Shown in pieces: positions 27,247 through 35,292 of a stretch of DNA of 64,000 nt. Below the pieces are notes generated by a model. That model searched no databases. It was given only the letters and a program-made list of their open reading frames with translations, and was not told the DNA's origin. Every line of letters begins with the position of its first letter. Position 1 is the stretch's first letter. Origin of the DNA: Cyanobacteria bacterium P01_A01_bin.123 (GTDB lineage Bacteria; Cyanobacteriota; Cyanobacteriia; Phormidesmidales; Phormidesmidaceae). The position numbers and the translations under genes are program-made. The stretch lies in contig JBCBZT010000012.1 of assembly GCA_039815185.1 (NCBI GenBank), positions 1 through 64,000 on the forward strand, written 5' to 3'.

Positions 27247-27735
27247 CTATCGCGGCAACGATACCAGCTGATTGAGATCTTGTGGATCGATCCCATAAGC
27301 CGCGCCGAACCCCATAACAAAACGGCCACCGTAGGGTTTGAGCTTAAAGATGCGGAAATCCCCTAACCCCCGCAACATCTGAATAATGTTGCCAAAGCGG
27401 GCTTCAAACTGATCGGCGATCGCGTTCCAAGGTTCACTCTCTCGCAGGAGCAGCGTGACATTGCAGTTATAGGTCAGCCGCTGACGGGCAAAGATTTGTT
27501 TGACCTGGCTTTCGTCTTCAATCAGCAGCAGGCTGACTTTGCCGGTGGCTTCTAAATTGTGTGTGTGGGGTGCCAATCCGCTGACGTAGATATAAAAGTT
27601 ACGCTGCTCATCCATCACGAAGGGGGCATAGCTGGCGTTGGGTATGCCCTCGGCGTTGACCGTTGAGAGCATAGCGCTTTGCAATGCTACTGGAAAGCGC
27701 TGATAAGCGCTTAGGGCTGCGTCAAAGGAAGTCAT
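27247..27735 (-). CDS. HugZ/HutZ-like split-barrel protein (pyridoxamine 5'-phosphate oxidase fold, heme utilisation)
   Basis: PNASYAPF, YVSGLAPHTHNL, LIEDE...IFARQRL, GRFVMGFGAAY. Confidence 0.85.
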   Translation of the reverse strand: MTSFDAALSAYQRFPVALQSAMLSTVNAEGIPNASYAPFVMDEQRNFYIYVSGLAPHTHNLEATGKVSLLLIEDESQVKQIFARQRLTYNCNVTLLLRESEPWNAIADQFEARFGNIIQMLRGLGDFRIFKLKPYGGRFVMGFGAAYGIDPQDLNQLVSLPR

Positions 27736-27834
27736 CTGAATTGAACTTAACAGCGCGTCTGGTGGGCAATCTGGCCTTACTATAAAGGGATTCCAGTGAC
27801 TTATGAGCGACAGGTATTCCGATTCGCGGACTTC

Positions 27835-28368
27835 TTAATACAGCCGCACCTGACAAGCCGCTAGCCCTGTCAGTTCTGCGTCAGACTCATCTCGCCAGAG
27901 GTCTTCGGCCAAGATGATACAGGGTGCGACTTCCTCAGGTTGAGTCAACCCGTTGCAAGCTTGAATAGCAGCCAGTTCTGAGGGGGTATTGCTGCGGCTA
28001 GACTCGTCAGCCTGGCGTAGACAGGTCGCGTAGGCACCCGTTGGTTCGGCGTCTTCTTCTTCAAACACTTGTTGTGGTTGAACTTGACAAGCTTCTAGCC
28101 CGGCTAATTCAGCGGCTGAACTATTCCGCCAGAGATCATCGACTAGTTCGATACATGCGGTAACGTCCTCTGGTCGAGTCGTGCCTCGACAGGCTCGAAT
28201 GGCAGCTAGCTGACTTGGCGTGTTATCGCGAAAATAGCCATTGGCTGCAACCAAGCAAGTTTCAAAAGGTAACTCTGCCCCAAATGAAAATCTGCCTGTC
28301 ATTGAAATCAAACCAACCGCAACGACAGGGAAACAGAAACCAAATGCTAATACTTTTTTCATCACCAT
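27835..28368 (-). CDS. Secreted Cys-rich protein with internal duplication
   Basis: Signal-like N-terminus; two modules with Cys at aa 38/60/72/94 and 116/138/150/172. Confidence 0.75.
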   Translation of the reverse strand: MVMKKVLAFGFCFPVVAVGLISMTGRFSFGAELPFETCLVAANGYFRDNTPSQLAAIRACRGTTRPEDVTACIELVDDLWRNSSAAELAGLEACQVQPQQVFEEEDAEPTGAYATCLRQADESSRSNTPSELAAIQACNGLTQPEEVAPCIILAEDLWRDESDAELTGLAACQVRLY

Positions 28369-28640
28369 TCAAAGAAAACAGCGGTTCCATTAAGACAGCC
28401 TGAATTAACTCAAGCTTGAGCATCAGTCGTGTTCATGGTGATTCAATTTTAGCTTTGTCTCTACGCGGTCGCGCCTCACCCAATCGGTCAAAATTGGCAT
28501 GTTCTGATGTCAAATTATGTCCGCGTCTGAATTAGTCGAAAGATAGGGTTAAGCCAATGCTCCATAGCGTCTTATCGTTCATGGCTTTCAACGCGATGGC
28601 CTTTATTTTGGGTTGAGCGTCAAAGGTCAACTCGAATTGC

Positions 28641-29708
28641 TCAGTAGTCTTGAAACGTACAGGTTGATTCTGGTTCAACTGGGCAGGTACTGTCTGGCAG
28701 GGGATTGCCTTCTAGGGTCAGGGCGTAGAGGTTGGTGAGCATTGATAGAGCGCTAATATCTGTGATTTGGTTTCTAGAGAGTCTCAGCCATTCCAAATTG
28801 TCTAGCTTAGACAAAGGTTCCACATTTGTGATTTGATTGTCATTGAGTGCAAGGTATGACAAGTTCGGCAAGACTACCAAGGGTTCCACATCCTCAATCT
28901 GGTTTTCATTAAGTTCAAGCGTCGTTACGTGGGTCAATGTAGATAGCGATTCCACGTTCTCGATCTGATTTTTGTCGAGATTAAGCTTGGTTAACTGAGT
29001 CAAGCCTGACAACGGTTCTACATCCAAGATCTGATTGTTTTTGAGCATAAGTTCGTTGAGCTTATTCAGTGACGACAACGGCTCTATGTCTGATATTTGA
29101 TTGCCAAATAAGTTCAATACTTCTAGCTCGGTAAGTTTTGATAATGGTTCTATAGTCTCAATTTTATTGTCGGCAAGTTCAAGATATTTTAAATGAGTGA
29201 GTGTTGATAATGGTTCCACCCCATTGACAGAATTGCCATACAATCGCAGTCGCGTTAACTGAGTCAGCGTTGATAACGGATCGATGTTGGTAATTTGGTT
29301 TTCCTGGAGATGAAGCGTTTCTAGATTAGTCAGTATGGACAACGGTTCGATAGTCTCAATCTGATTGAAGCTGAGATCCAGCCAGATAAGTTGAGTTAGC
29401 GCTGATAAAGGGCCTACATCAGAAATCTCACTGTCAGTGAGATCGAGTTCGGTTAAGTTGCCTAGGATTTCATCGGCGCGATCGCAGTCCTGGGTGTCTG
29501 CCGTTGCCAACAATAGGTTAACCGTATGGCGAGCTTCTGGTGTTAAGGTCTCTTGGTTTTCACACCAGTCTGCAAAACTTTCATAAGCCCCAGGACCAGC
29601 TTGGACAAAAGTGCAGCTAACCGTTCCTACAGTTAAGACTGATAGGAATCCAAGACTTAAGGTGTGTTTGCAATTTAAAGCAGTTCGTTTTGTGTTCATG
29701 ATTTTCAA
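28641..29708 (-). CDS. Internalin-like leucine-rich repeat protein, probably exported
   Basis: About 12 repeats of 22 aa (LxxLxLxxNxIxxxxPL); Cys-containing N-cap (SFADWC...DCD) and C-cap (TCP...TC); hydrophobic N-terminus. Confidence 0.92.
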   Translation of the reverse strand: MKIMNTKRTALNCKHTLSLGFLSVLTVGTVSCTFVQAGPGAYESFADWCENQETLTPEARHTVNLLLATADTQDCDRADEILGNLTELDLTDSEISDVGPLSALTQLIWLDLSFNQIETIEPLSILTNLETLHLQENQITNIDPLSTLTQLTRLRLYGNSVNGVEPLSTLTHLKYLELADNKIETIEPLSKLTELEVLNLFGNQISDIEPLSSLNKLNELMLKNNQILDVEPLSGLTQLTKLNLDKNQIENVESLSTLTHVTTLELNENQIEDVEPLVVLPNLSYLALNDNQITNVEPLSKLDNLEWLRLSRNQITDISALSMLTNLYALTLEGNPLPDSTCPVEPESTCTFQDY

Positions 29709-29865
29709 CTCCGGGAACCTAGAAATTAGAAAGGGAGCTTTCCATGGGGATAAACTCTCAATCTTTTGGGCTTCATCTTAGGGATAGATAATTCCGAATG
29801 GCTGAATCAAAAATGGGAGACTCAAACTTTCCGAAATGATTACCGTGGGCCAATAAACCTGCATT

Positions 29866-29887
29866 AAGATTAGGTATTCCTAATCTT
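29866..29887. promoter_or_regulatory. Perfect dyad upstream of the SRAP gene; possible operator
   Basis: AAGATTAGG-TATT-CCTAATCTT, 30 bp before the ATG, in a divergent intergenic region. Confidence 0.3.
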
Positions 29888-29917
29888 TGCGGCTTAGAAG
29901 TCTTTAAGCGCCTGTAT

Positions 29918-30601
29918 ATGTGTGGACGGTATAGCCAAACCCAATCGGGTGAAACAATCGCAACAGCATTTAATCTGGCTGAATTGCCTGACCTTGAGCC
30001 CCGCTACAACATTGCGCCCACGCAGCAAGTGTCTGCCGTGATGGCTACTGCTGAATCTCCCGTGCCTCAACATCGGTGGTTGCGTTGGGGATTAATTCCG
30101 AGCTGGGCGAAGGATAAGACTATTGGCAATCGGTTAATCAATGCCCGGGCGGAAACCGTGGCTGAAAAACCTTCCTTTCGCAGTGCGTTCAAGCGGCGGC
30201 GGTGTCTGATTTTGGCTGATGGCTTTTACGAATGGCAGCGGTTGGATCAAGGCAAGGCGAAGCAGCCTTACTTCATTCATCTGAGAGATCCACACCCCTT
30301 TGCCTTTGCGGGACTGTGGGAACTTTGGCAAGATCAAGCCAGTGCGGAAGTAATTGAATCATGCACGATTTTGACCACAGCCCCCAATCAGCTGATGGCA
30401 GTGATTCACAACCGCATGCCCGTGATTTTGCCGCCGTCGGCCTATGAATCCTGGCTTGATCCAACCCTGTCCGACCCGGAAAGCTTGACCCCGCTGCTGT
30501 ATCCTTTTGAGGCTAAAGCTATGGCAAGCTATCCCGTGAGCAACCACGTCAACAACCCGCGCCACGATGACCCTGCTTGCCTAATTTCTATTGAAGGTTG
30601 A
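29918..30601 (+). CDS. SOS response-associated peptidase (SRAP/YedK/HMCES), abasic-site protecting protein
   Basis: N-terminal MCGRY (catalytic Cys2), RYNIAPTQ, NARAET, GFYEW, IHNRMPVIL. Confidence 0.96.
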   Translation: MCGRYSQTQSGETIATAFNLAELPDLEPRYNIAPTQQVSAVMATAESPVPQHRWLRWGLIPSWAKDKTIGNRLINARAETVAEKPSFRSAFKRRRCLILADGFYEWQRLDQGKAKQPYFIHLRDPHPFAFAGLWELWQDQASAEVIESCTILTTAPNQLMAVIHNRMPVILPPSAYESWLDPTLSDPESLTPLLYPFEAKAMASYPVSNHVNNPRHDDPACLISIEG

Positions 30602-32919
30602 GGCAGCGTATGGGGCGATCGCGAGGTATGAGCCTAACCCGACAGGTTGAATTGCGTTGGCACGCGATCGCGACCCATTGGCAACAGCACTACCCTGACC
30701 TGTCCTCAGATGCCATTAGTGACTATACCCGACAATTTTTGTGTGATTCAGCGTTTGCAGTGGGATGTTGGCAGGTGGATCATAGCCGGGGTTGGGGACT
30801 CTGGCAGACGACAAGCTGCTCTGGTATTCAGGCGCTCTCGACTCCAATTTTGACCGGGATTTTTCAAAGAACAATTGCCATCGATCCAGTGCTGGAAACC
30901 CTCGAAGTCCCGACCGATATTCTTGATCCCTGGCTCAGTTATCTCAGCACTGAACCACTCAGCCCTGAGCAGTTGGGGCAGATTTATGAAGCTGCTTTAC
31001 ATCAGTCCCTACAACCTGGGGCAACTGGCCAAGGTCGTAAACGGCAAGGCAGCTATTTTACGCCCATTGCCATGGCCGATCGAATGGTGAGAACCACGCT
31101 AACCCCTGTGTTGCAATCTGCTGAAGGATTGCCCAGACTCCTAGATCCAGCCTGCGGCGGCGGCATTTTTTTGCTGCGGGCCTATCGTGAATTGTTGCGG
31201 CAGCGCGATCGCTATCCCAGTCTTGAGCCCTTGACCACCGCTCAACTACTAGAACAGTGTTTATTTGGCATCGATTTAGATGCGGGGGCCCTGCGGGTGA
31301 CCCATTTGGCGCTTTTGCTGCAGTGGCTGGGGCAGGTCCGGTCAGCAGTGGATTTTGAAGCACCGCCTCAGTTGGAGCGAAATTTGCATTGCGGCAATGC
31401 GTTGGTGGAGGGGGGAGGCGAGAGGCGTCAGGCGTCAGGAATCACAAAATCTAAAATCCCAAATCTAAAATCCAAAGCTCGGCGTGGGGAAGGGGTTGGC
31501 GACGGGGCACAAGGGATAGATTGCATAGGGGCGTTTCCGGAAGCCATGGTTCCTTGGGACGTGTCTTTGACGATCGCGTCTGGGGGGTTCGATATTGTGA
31601 TTAGCAATCCGCCCTATTTAGATGCTGAGTGGATGAGCAAAACAGATCCGGCTTTGCGGGCCTACTGTACCCGTCACTATGAAAGTGCCCGGGGTAATTG
31701 GGATTTATTTTGTCCGTTTGTAGAACGGGGGTTGCAACTCTGTCGTCCCGGGGGATGGCTGGCGATGGTGGTGCCCAATAAGTTAGCCTCAGCGGTGTAT
31801 GCAGCGCCGGTGCGGCGATTGCTCACCCAGGCGGCTGACCTCCGGGCGCTGTGGGACTATGCCCACACGGCTGCTTTTACGGCTGCGGTATATCCGCTGG
31901 TGTTTGTTGCTCAAGCGCGATGTCTAGGGGCTGGCGGGTCATCGACGCAGCGCCTAGATTCTGTACAACCCGTTGCCTTGTCTGACGGCACCCTGCCGTA
32001 CTGGCATTTTCAATCATCCAAGGGTTCTGCAAATCACCCTTGGCCAACCCGACCCGACCCGGATATTCATACCCTGATTTATCGATGGCAGCAAAGCCTG
32101 CCATCCCTGGGGGAGCAGTTTCAGGTGACGGGGGCGGCGACGGTGGCGGAAGCCTATCAGCTGCGATCGCTGTTGCGAGAAACCCCTCAACCCAAACCTG
32201 GGGATCTGACCTTTGCCAACAGTGGCACCCTCGATCGCTACCGCCTGCTGTGGGGACTGAAACGCTGTCGATACCTCGGTCAGCGCTATCAATATCCTGT
32301 GGTGCCTCTGGCATTTCACGGTCAACTATCACCGCGACGGTTATCTCAAGCCCAACAGCCTAAAATCATTGTTGCCGGTTTAAGCCGTTATTTAGAAGGG
32401 GTTTTGGATGACCAAGGTACCGTGCTGGCCGGGAAATCAACTTGTGTAATCTTGGGTGGGGCATCCCTTTGGGCGCTGCTAGGGATTTTGAATAGTGCCT
32501 TAATGCGTTGCTATGTGTCTCGGGCATTGGGGGGCCAACATCTGCAGGGGGGCTATTTGACCATTGGCCCTCCCCTCTTGAGGCAGTTGCCATTACCCGT
32601 TATTACGCCCGATAATTCACTGTCTCAGGCGTTGTCTCAGCAGGTGCAAACCCGCCAAGCACTACAATACCAGCTCGACCGAAGCACGCTGCCTGACGAT
32701 CACCCCAGCGCTCGACGCCCTCCCGTCGCTGATGGCTTCAGCAGGCATATTTACGAAACAACCGGAACGGTTCCACTTTGCCAGAGAACCCTTGCAGCCC
32801 AGATTCAGGTAACTGAGCAGGCGATCGATAATCTGGTCTACAAGCTGTACGGATTGAATGAGCAGGAAATTGCATGGGTGCAAGGCCAAGATGTGATCAA
32901 GAGGTCTAAAGAATCTTAA
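30598..32919 (+). CDS. N6-adenine DNA methyltransferase (Eco57I/TaqI-like, gamma class) with C-terminal target-recognition region
   Basis: LGQIYE, RKRQGSYFTP, motif I LDPACGGGIFL, FGIDLD, motif IV GFDIVISNPPY, LLGILNS, IDNLVYKLYGL. Start may be ATG 30610 or 30628. Confidence 0.88.
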   Translation: MRQRMGRSRGMSLTRQVELRWHAIATHWQQHYPDLSSDAISDYTRQFLCDSAFAVGCWQVDHSRGWGLWQTTSCSGIQALSTPILTGIFQRTIAIDPVLETLEVPTDILDPWLSYLSTEPLSPEQLGQIYEAALHQSLQPGATGQGRKRQGSYFTPIAMADRMVRTTLTPVLQSAEGLPRLLDPACGGGIFLLRAYRELLRQRDRYPSLEPLTTAQLLEQCLFGIDLDAGALRVTHLALLLQWLGQVRSAVDFEAPPQLERNLHCGNALVEGGGERRQASGITKSKIPNLKSKARRGEGVGDGAQGIDCIGAFPEAMVPWDVSLTIASGGFDIVISNPPYLDAEWMSKTDPALRAYCTRHYESARGNWDLFCPFVERGLQLCRPGGWLAMVVPNKLASAVYAAPVRRLLTQAADLRALWDYAHTAAFTAAVYPLVFVAQARCLGAGGSSTQRLDSVQPVALSDGTLPYWHFQSSKGSANHPWPTRPDPDIHTLIYRWQQSLPSLGEQFQVTGAATVAEAYQLRSLLRETPQPKPGDLTFANSGTLDRYRLLWGLKRCRYLGQRYQYPVVPLAFHGQLSPRRLSQAQQPKIIVAGLSRYLEGVLDDQGTVLAGKSTCVILGGASLWALLGILNSALMRCYVSRALGGQHLQGGYLTIGPPLLRQLPLPVITPDNSLSQALSQQVQTRQALQYQLDRSTLPDDHPSARRPPVADGFSRHIYETTGTVPLCQRTLAAQIQVTEQAIDNLVYKLYGLNEQEIAWVQGQDVIKRSKES
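31416..31476 (+). repeat. Heptamer short tandem repeats (STRR-like) in frame inside the methyltransferase gene
   Basis: AGGCGAG-AGGCGTC-AGGCGTC (from 31416) and AAAATCT-AAAATCC-CAAATCT-AAAATCC (31446-31473). Confidence 0.8.
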
Positions 32920-33038
32920 GGTGTGGGGTGTGACATATCCCCCTGCCAGGTATCAATGACTGACAGTCTACGGAACCTACCTGCTCAGGGGTGTATCAAG
33001 TAAAAAGAGTGATGCATGTGTAGAGGACGCTTAATCCT

Positions 33039-35207
33039 ATGGCTCGGATCAAACGCCGTCAATTTTTACAGGCTGCTGGGGCCACCTTGGCTGCTCTGGG
33101 CTGGAATCAACTTGAGATTGCCAACCTGAGCGATCGCTACGGCAAAGTCTTAGCTCAAAATACCCCGCGTAAGCTGGCCCTGCTGGTTGGAATCAATGAA
33201 TATGCCGATCCAGGCGTTCCGCCTTTGGCTGGTTGCGTTACTGATACTGAACTGCAATATCGTCTACTGGTGCATCGCTTTGGCTTTAATCCCAGCGACA
33301 TTGTGGTGTTGACCGATCGGCAAGCTAGTCGCGAGGGCATCTTGACGGCTTTTGAGGAGCATCTCATTAAGCAAGCCAAACCGGGAGATATTGTTACTTT
33401 TCACTTCTCGGGTCACGGATCACGGGTGGTAGATCCTGATAATGACCATGCCGATGGCCTCAACAGTACTCTGGTGCCTGCGGATTCTGTTTTTCCGGCC
33501 AACTTTCCCAGTCAAAGTGGTTCGATCAACGACATCACAGGTCACACGCTATTTTTGCTGGCATCGGCGCTGCAAACTGAGAATGTCACGATGGTGTTGG
33601 ATAGCTGCCATTCGGGGGGCGGTACGCGGGGGAATCTAAGGGTGCGATCGCGGGCTGGGGGCGGTCAACTGCAGATGAGCGATGAAGAGTTGGCCTATCA
33701 AGAACAGTGGCTACCTAAACTCAATCTGACCCCAGAGACGTTTATTCAACAGCGTCGCAAAGGGATTGCCCAAGGCATCACGATTGCCTCAGCTAAGCGC
33801 GATCAGTATGCTGCCGACTACCCCTTCGGAGACTTCTTTGCAGGTGCCTTTAGCTATACCTTGACCCAGTACCTGTGGCAGCAACCCATTGATGAACCGT
33901 TTAACAGCGCCATTCCCAATGTAGCCCGTGCCACTACCCAAATTTACAGCGGTCAAGAACCCCAGCTAGAAATTCAACCCGACCGCGCCTACGGCACTAG
34001 CCCGGTTTATTTTGTTTCTAAACAAACTCCTCCCGCAGAAGCCGTGATCACCAACGTCGAGGGGGACGAAGCCGAGGTCTGGCTGGGTGGTGTAGACCCC
34101 CGCAGTTTAGAAACTTTTCGGCGAGATGCTGTACTTACCGCTGTTAATGCCCAAGGAGAATCCCAAGGTTTACTCAAGCTGACCCAGCGTCAAGGTCTAT
34201 TGGGTCGGGGGCAACTGCTACAACCCATTGAATCTGGATCACTCTTGCAAGAGCAGACCCGCTCGATTCCCCAGGGAGCGTCGCTCAAAATTGGTTTGGC
34301 GGCCACCCTCAGCGATCAGACAGAAGCCGCCCGTCAAGCCTTGAGTGCCCTCAACCGGATTGAACCCCTGCCGCTACAGCAGGGGGAAGTGCACTACATT
34401 TTTGGGCGGTTCACTGCCGATCAGCCCATTGTTGTCCTGCCGGGGACACCTGCCCCTGCTGATGGCAGTTTAGGGCTATTTAGCCAGGGGCTAGAGGTCA
34501 TTCCCGGCTCCTTTGGTGTTGCAGGCGAATCGGTTGCCGATGGGGTGGATCGGTTGCAGGCTAAACTGCGATCGCTACTTGCCGCCCGACTGGTCAAGTT
34601 GGCGCTTAACCCCAGTTCTTCACGTCTGGATGTGGGCGTTACGATGACCCCAGCCGGGCAAGGTCAAATTGTGGCCAGTAGCTTTACGGCTCGGGGGAGT
34701 GGTGGGACAACGGCTCCGCCGCCAGTTCGTCCAGGGGTAGAGCAGTTATCCGTGGGGACAGCCATTGAATTTCAAATCGAAAACCGAGAAAGTCAGGATC
34801 TCCACCTCAGCATTTTGGTGATCGACTCTTCGGGAGATATGTCCGTGATTTTCCCTAATCAGTGGACTGCCACTAGCGATGCCACGCTGTTATCGGCAGG
34901 CGAGCAGTTGCGATTGCCCGACCCCGGTCGAGATGGTTTTCAATTAGTGACCCAAGACCCCAAGGGGACTACAGAAGTTTTAGTGGTCGCCAGTACTCAG
35001 CCGCTAGATGCTGCCCTGCGATCGCTGCAAAGTTTAGCTGCCGAAGCTAATCAAAGCCGTGGCCCAGTAGGGCTAGCAGAACCAGATTTGGTGGTCAACG
35101 ATTTACTCCAGGATCTGACAACTCGTAGCGGAGAAGATACCTCGTCTACGGTCATGCTAGATACCAGCAAACTGGCTGCCTTATCGATTACCTTTGATGT
35201 GATTTAA
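33039..35207 (+). CDS. Caspase-family (peptidase C14) protease with twin-arginine signal and C-terminal DUF4384-like domain
   Basis: Tat motif KRRQFL; KLALLVGINEY; catalytic dyad FSGHGS and LDSCHSG; C-terminal DSSGDMSVIFPN beta domain. Confidence 0.9.
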   Translation: MARIKRRQFLQAAGATLAALGWNQLEIANLSDRYGKVLAQNTPRKLALLVGINEYADPGVPPLAGCVTDTELQYRLLVHRFGFNPSDIVVLTDRQASREGILTAFEEHLIKQAKPGDIVTFHFSGHGSRVVDPDNDHADGLNSTLVPADSVFPANFPSQSGSINDITGHTLFLLASALQTENVTMVLDSCHSGGGTRGNLRVRSRAGGGQLQMSDEELAYQEQWLPKLNLTPETFIQQRRKGIAQGITIASAKRDQYAADYPFGDFFAGAFSYTLTQYLWQQPIDEPFNSAIPNVARATTQIYSGQEPQLEIQPDRAYGTSPVYFVSKQTPPAEAVITNVEGDEAEVWLGGVDPRSLETFRRDAVLTAVNAQGESQGLLKLTQRQGLLGRGQLLQPIESGSLLQEQTRSIPQGASLKIGLAATLSDQTEAARQALSALNRIEPLPLQQGEVHYIFGRFTADQPIVVLPGTPAPADGSLGLFSQGLEVIPGSFGVAGESVADGVDRLQAKLRSLLAARLVKLALNPSSSRLDVGVTMTPAGQGQIVASSFTARGSGGTTAPPPVRPGVEQLSVGTAIEFQIENRESQDLHLSILVIDSSGDMSVIFPNQWTATSDATLLSAGEQLRLPDPGRDGFQLVTQDPKGTTEVLVVASTQPLDAALRSLQSLAAEANQSRGPVGLAEPDLVVNDLLQDLTTRSGEDTSSTVMLDTSKLAALSITFDVI

Positions 35208-35292
35208 GCCTTGGCCACATTCGGATCCATAGTTTTCCCTGACCGGGGTGCAAGGCCTGCACCCCTAATCAAGCTTGTGAATCGGACAGGGT

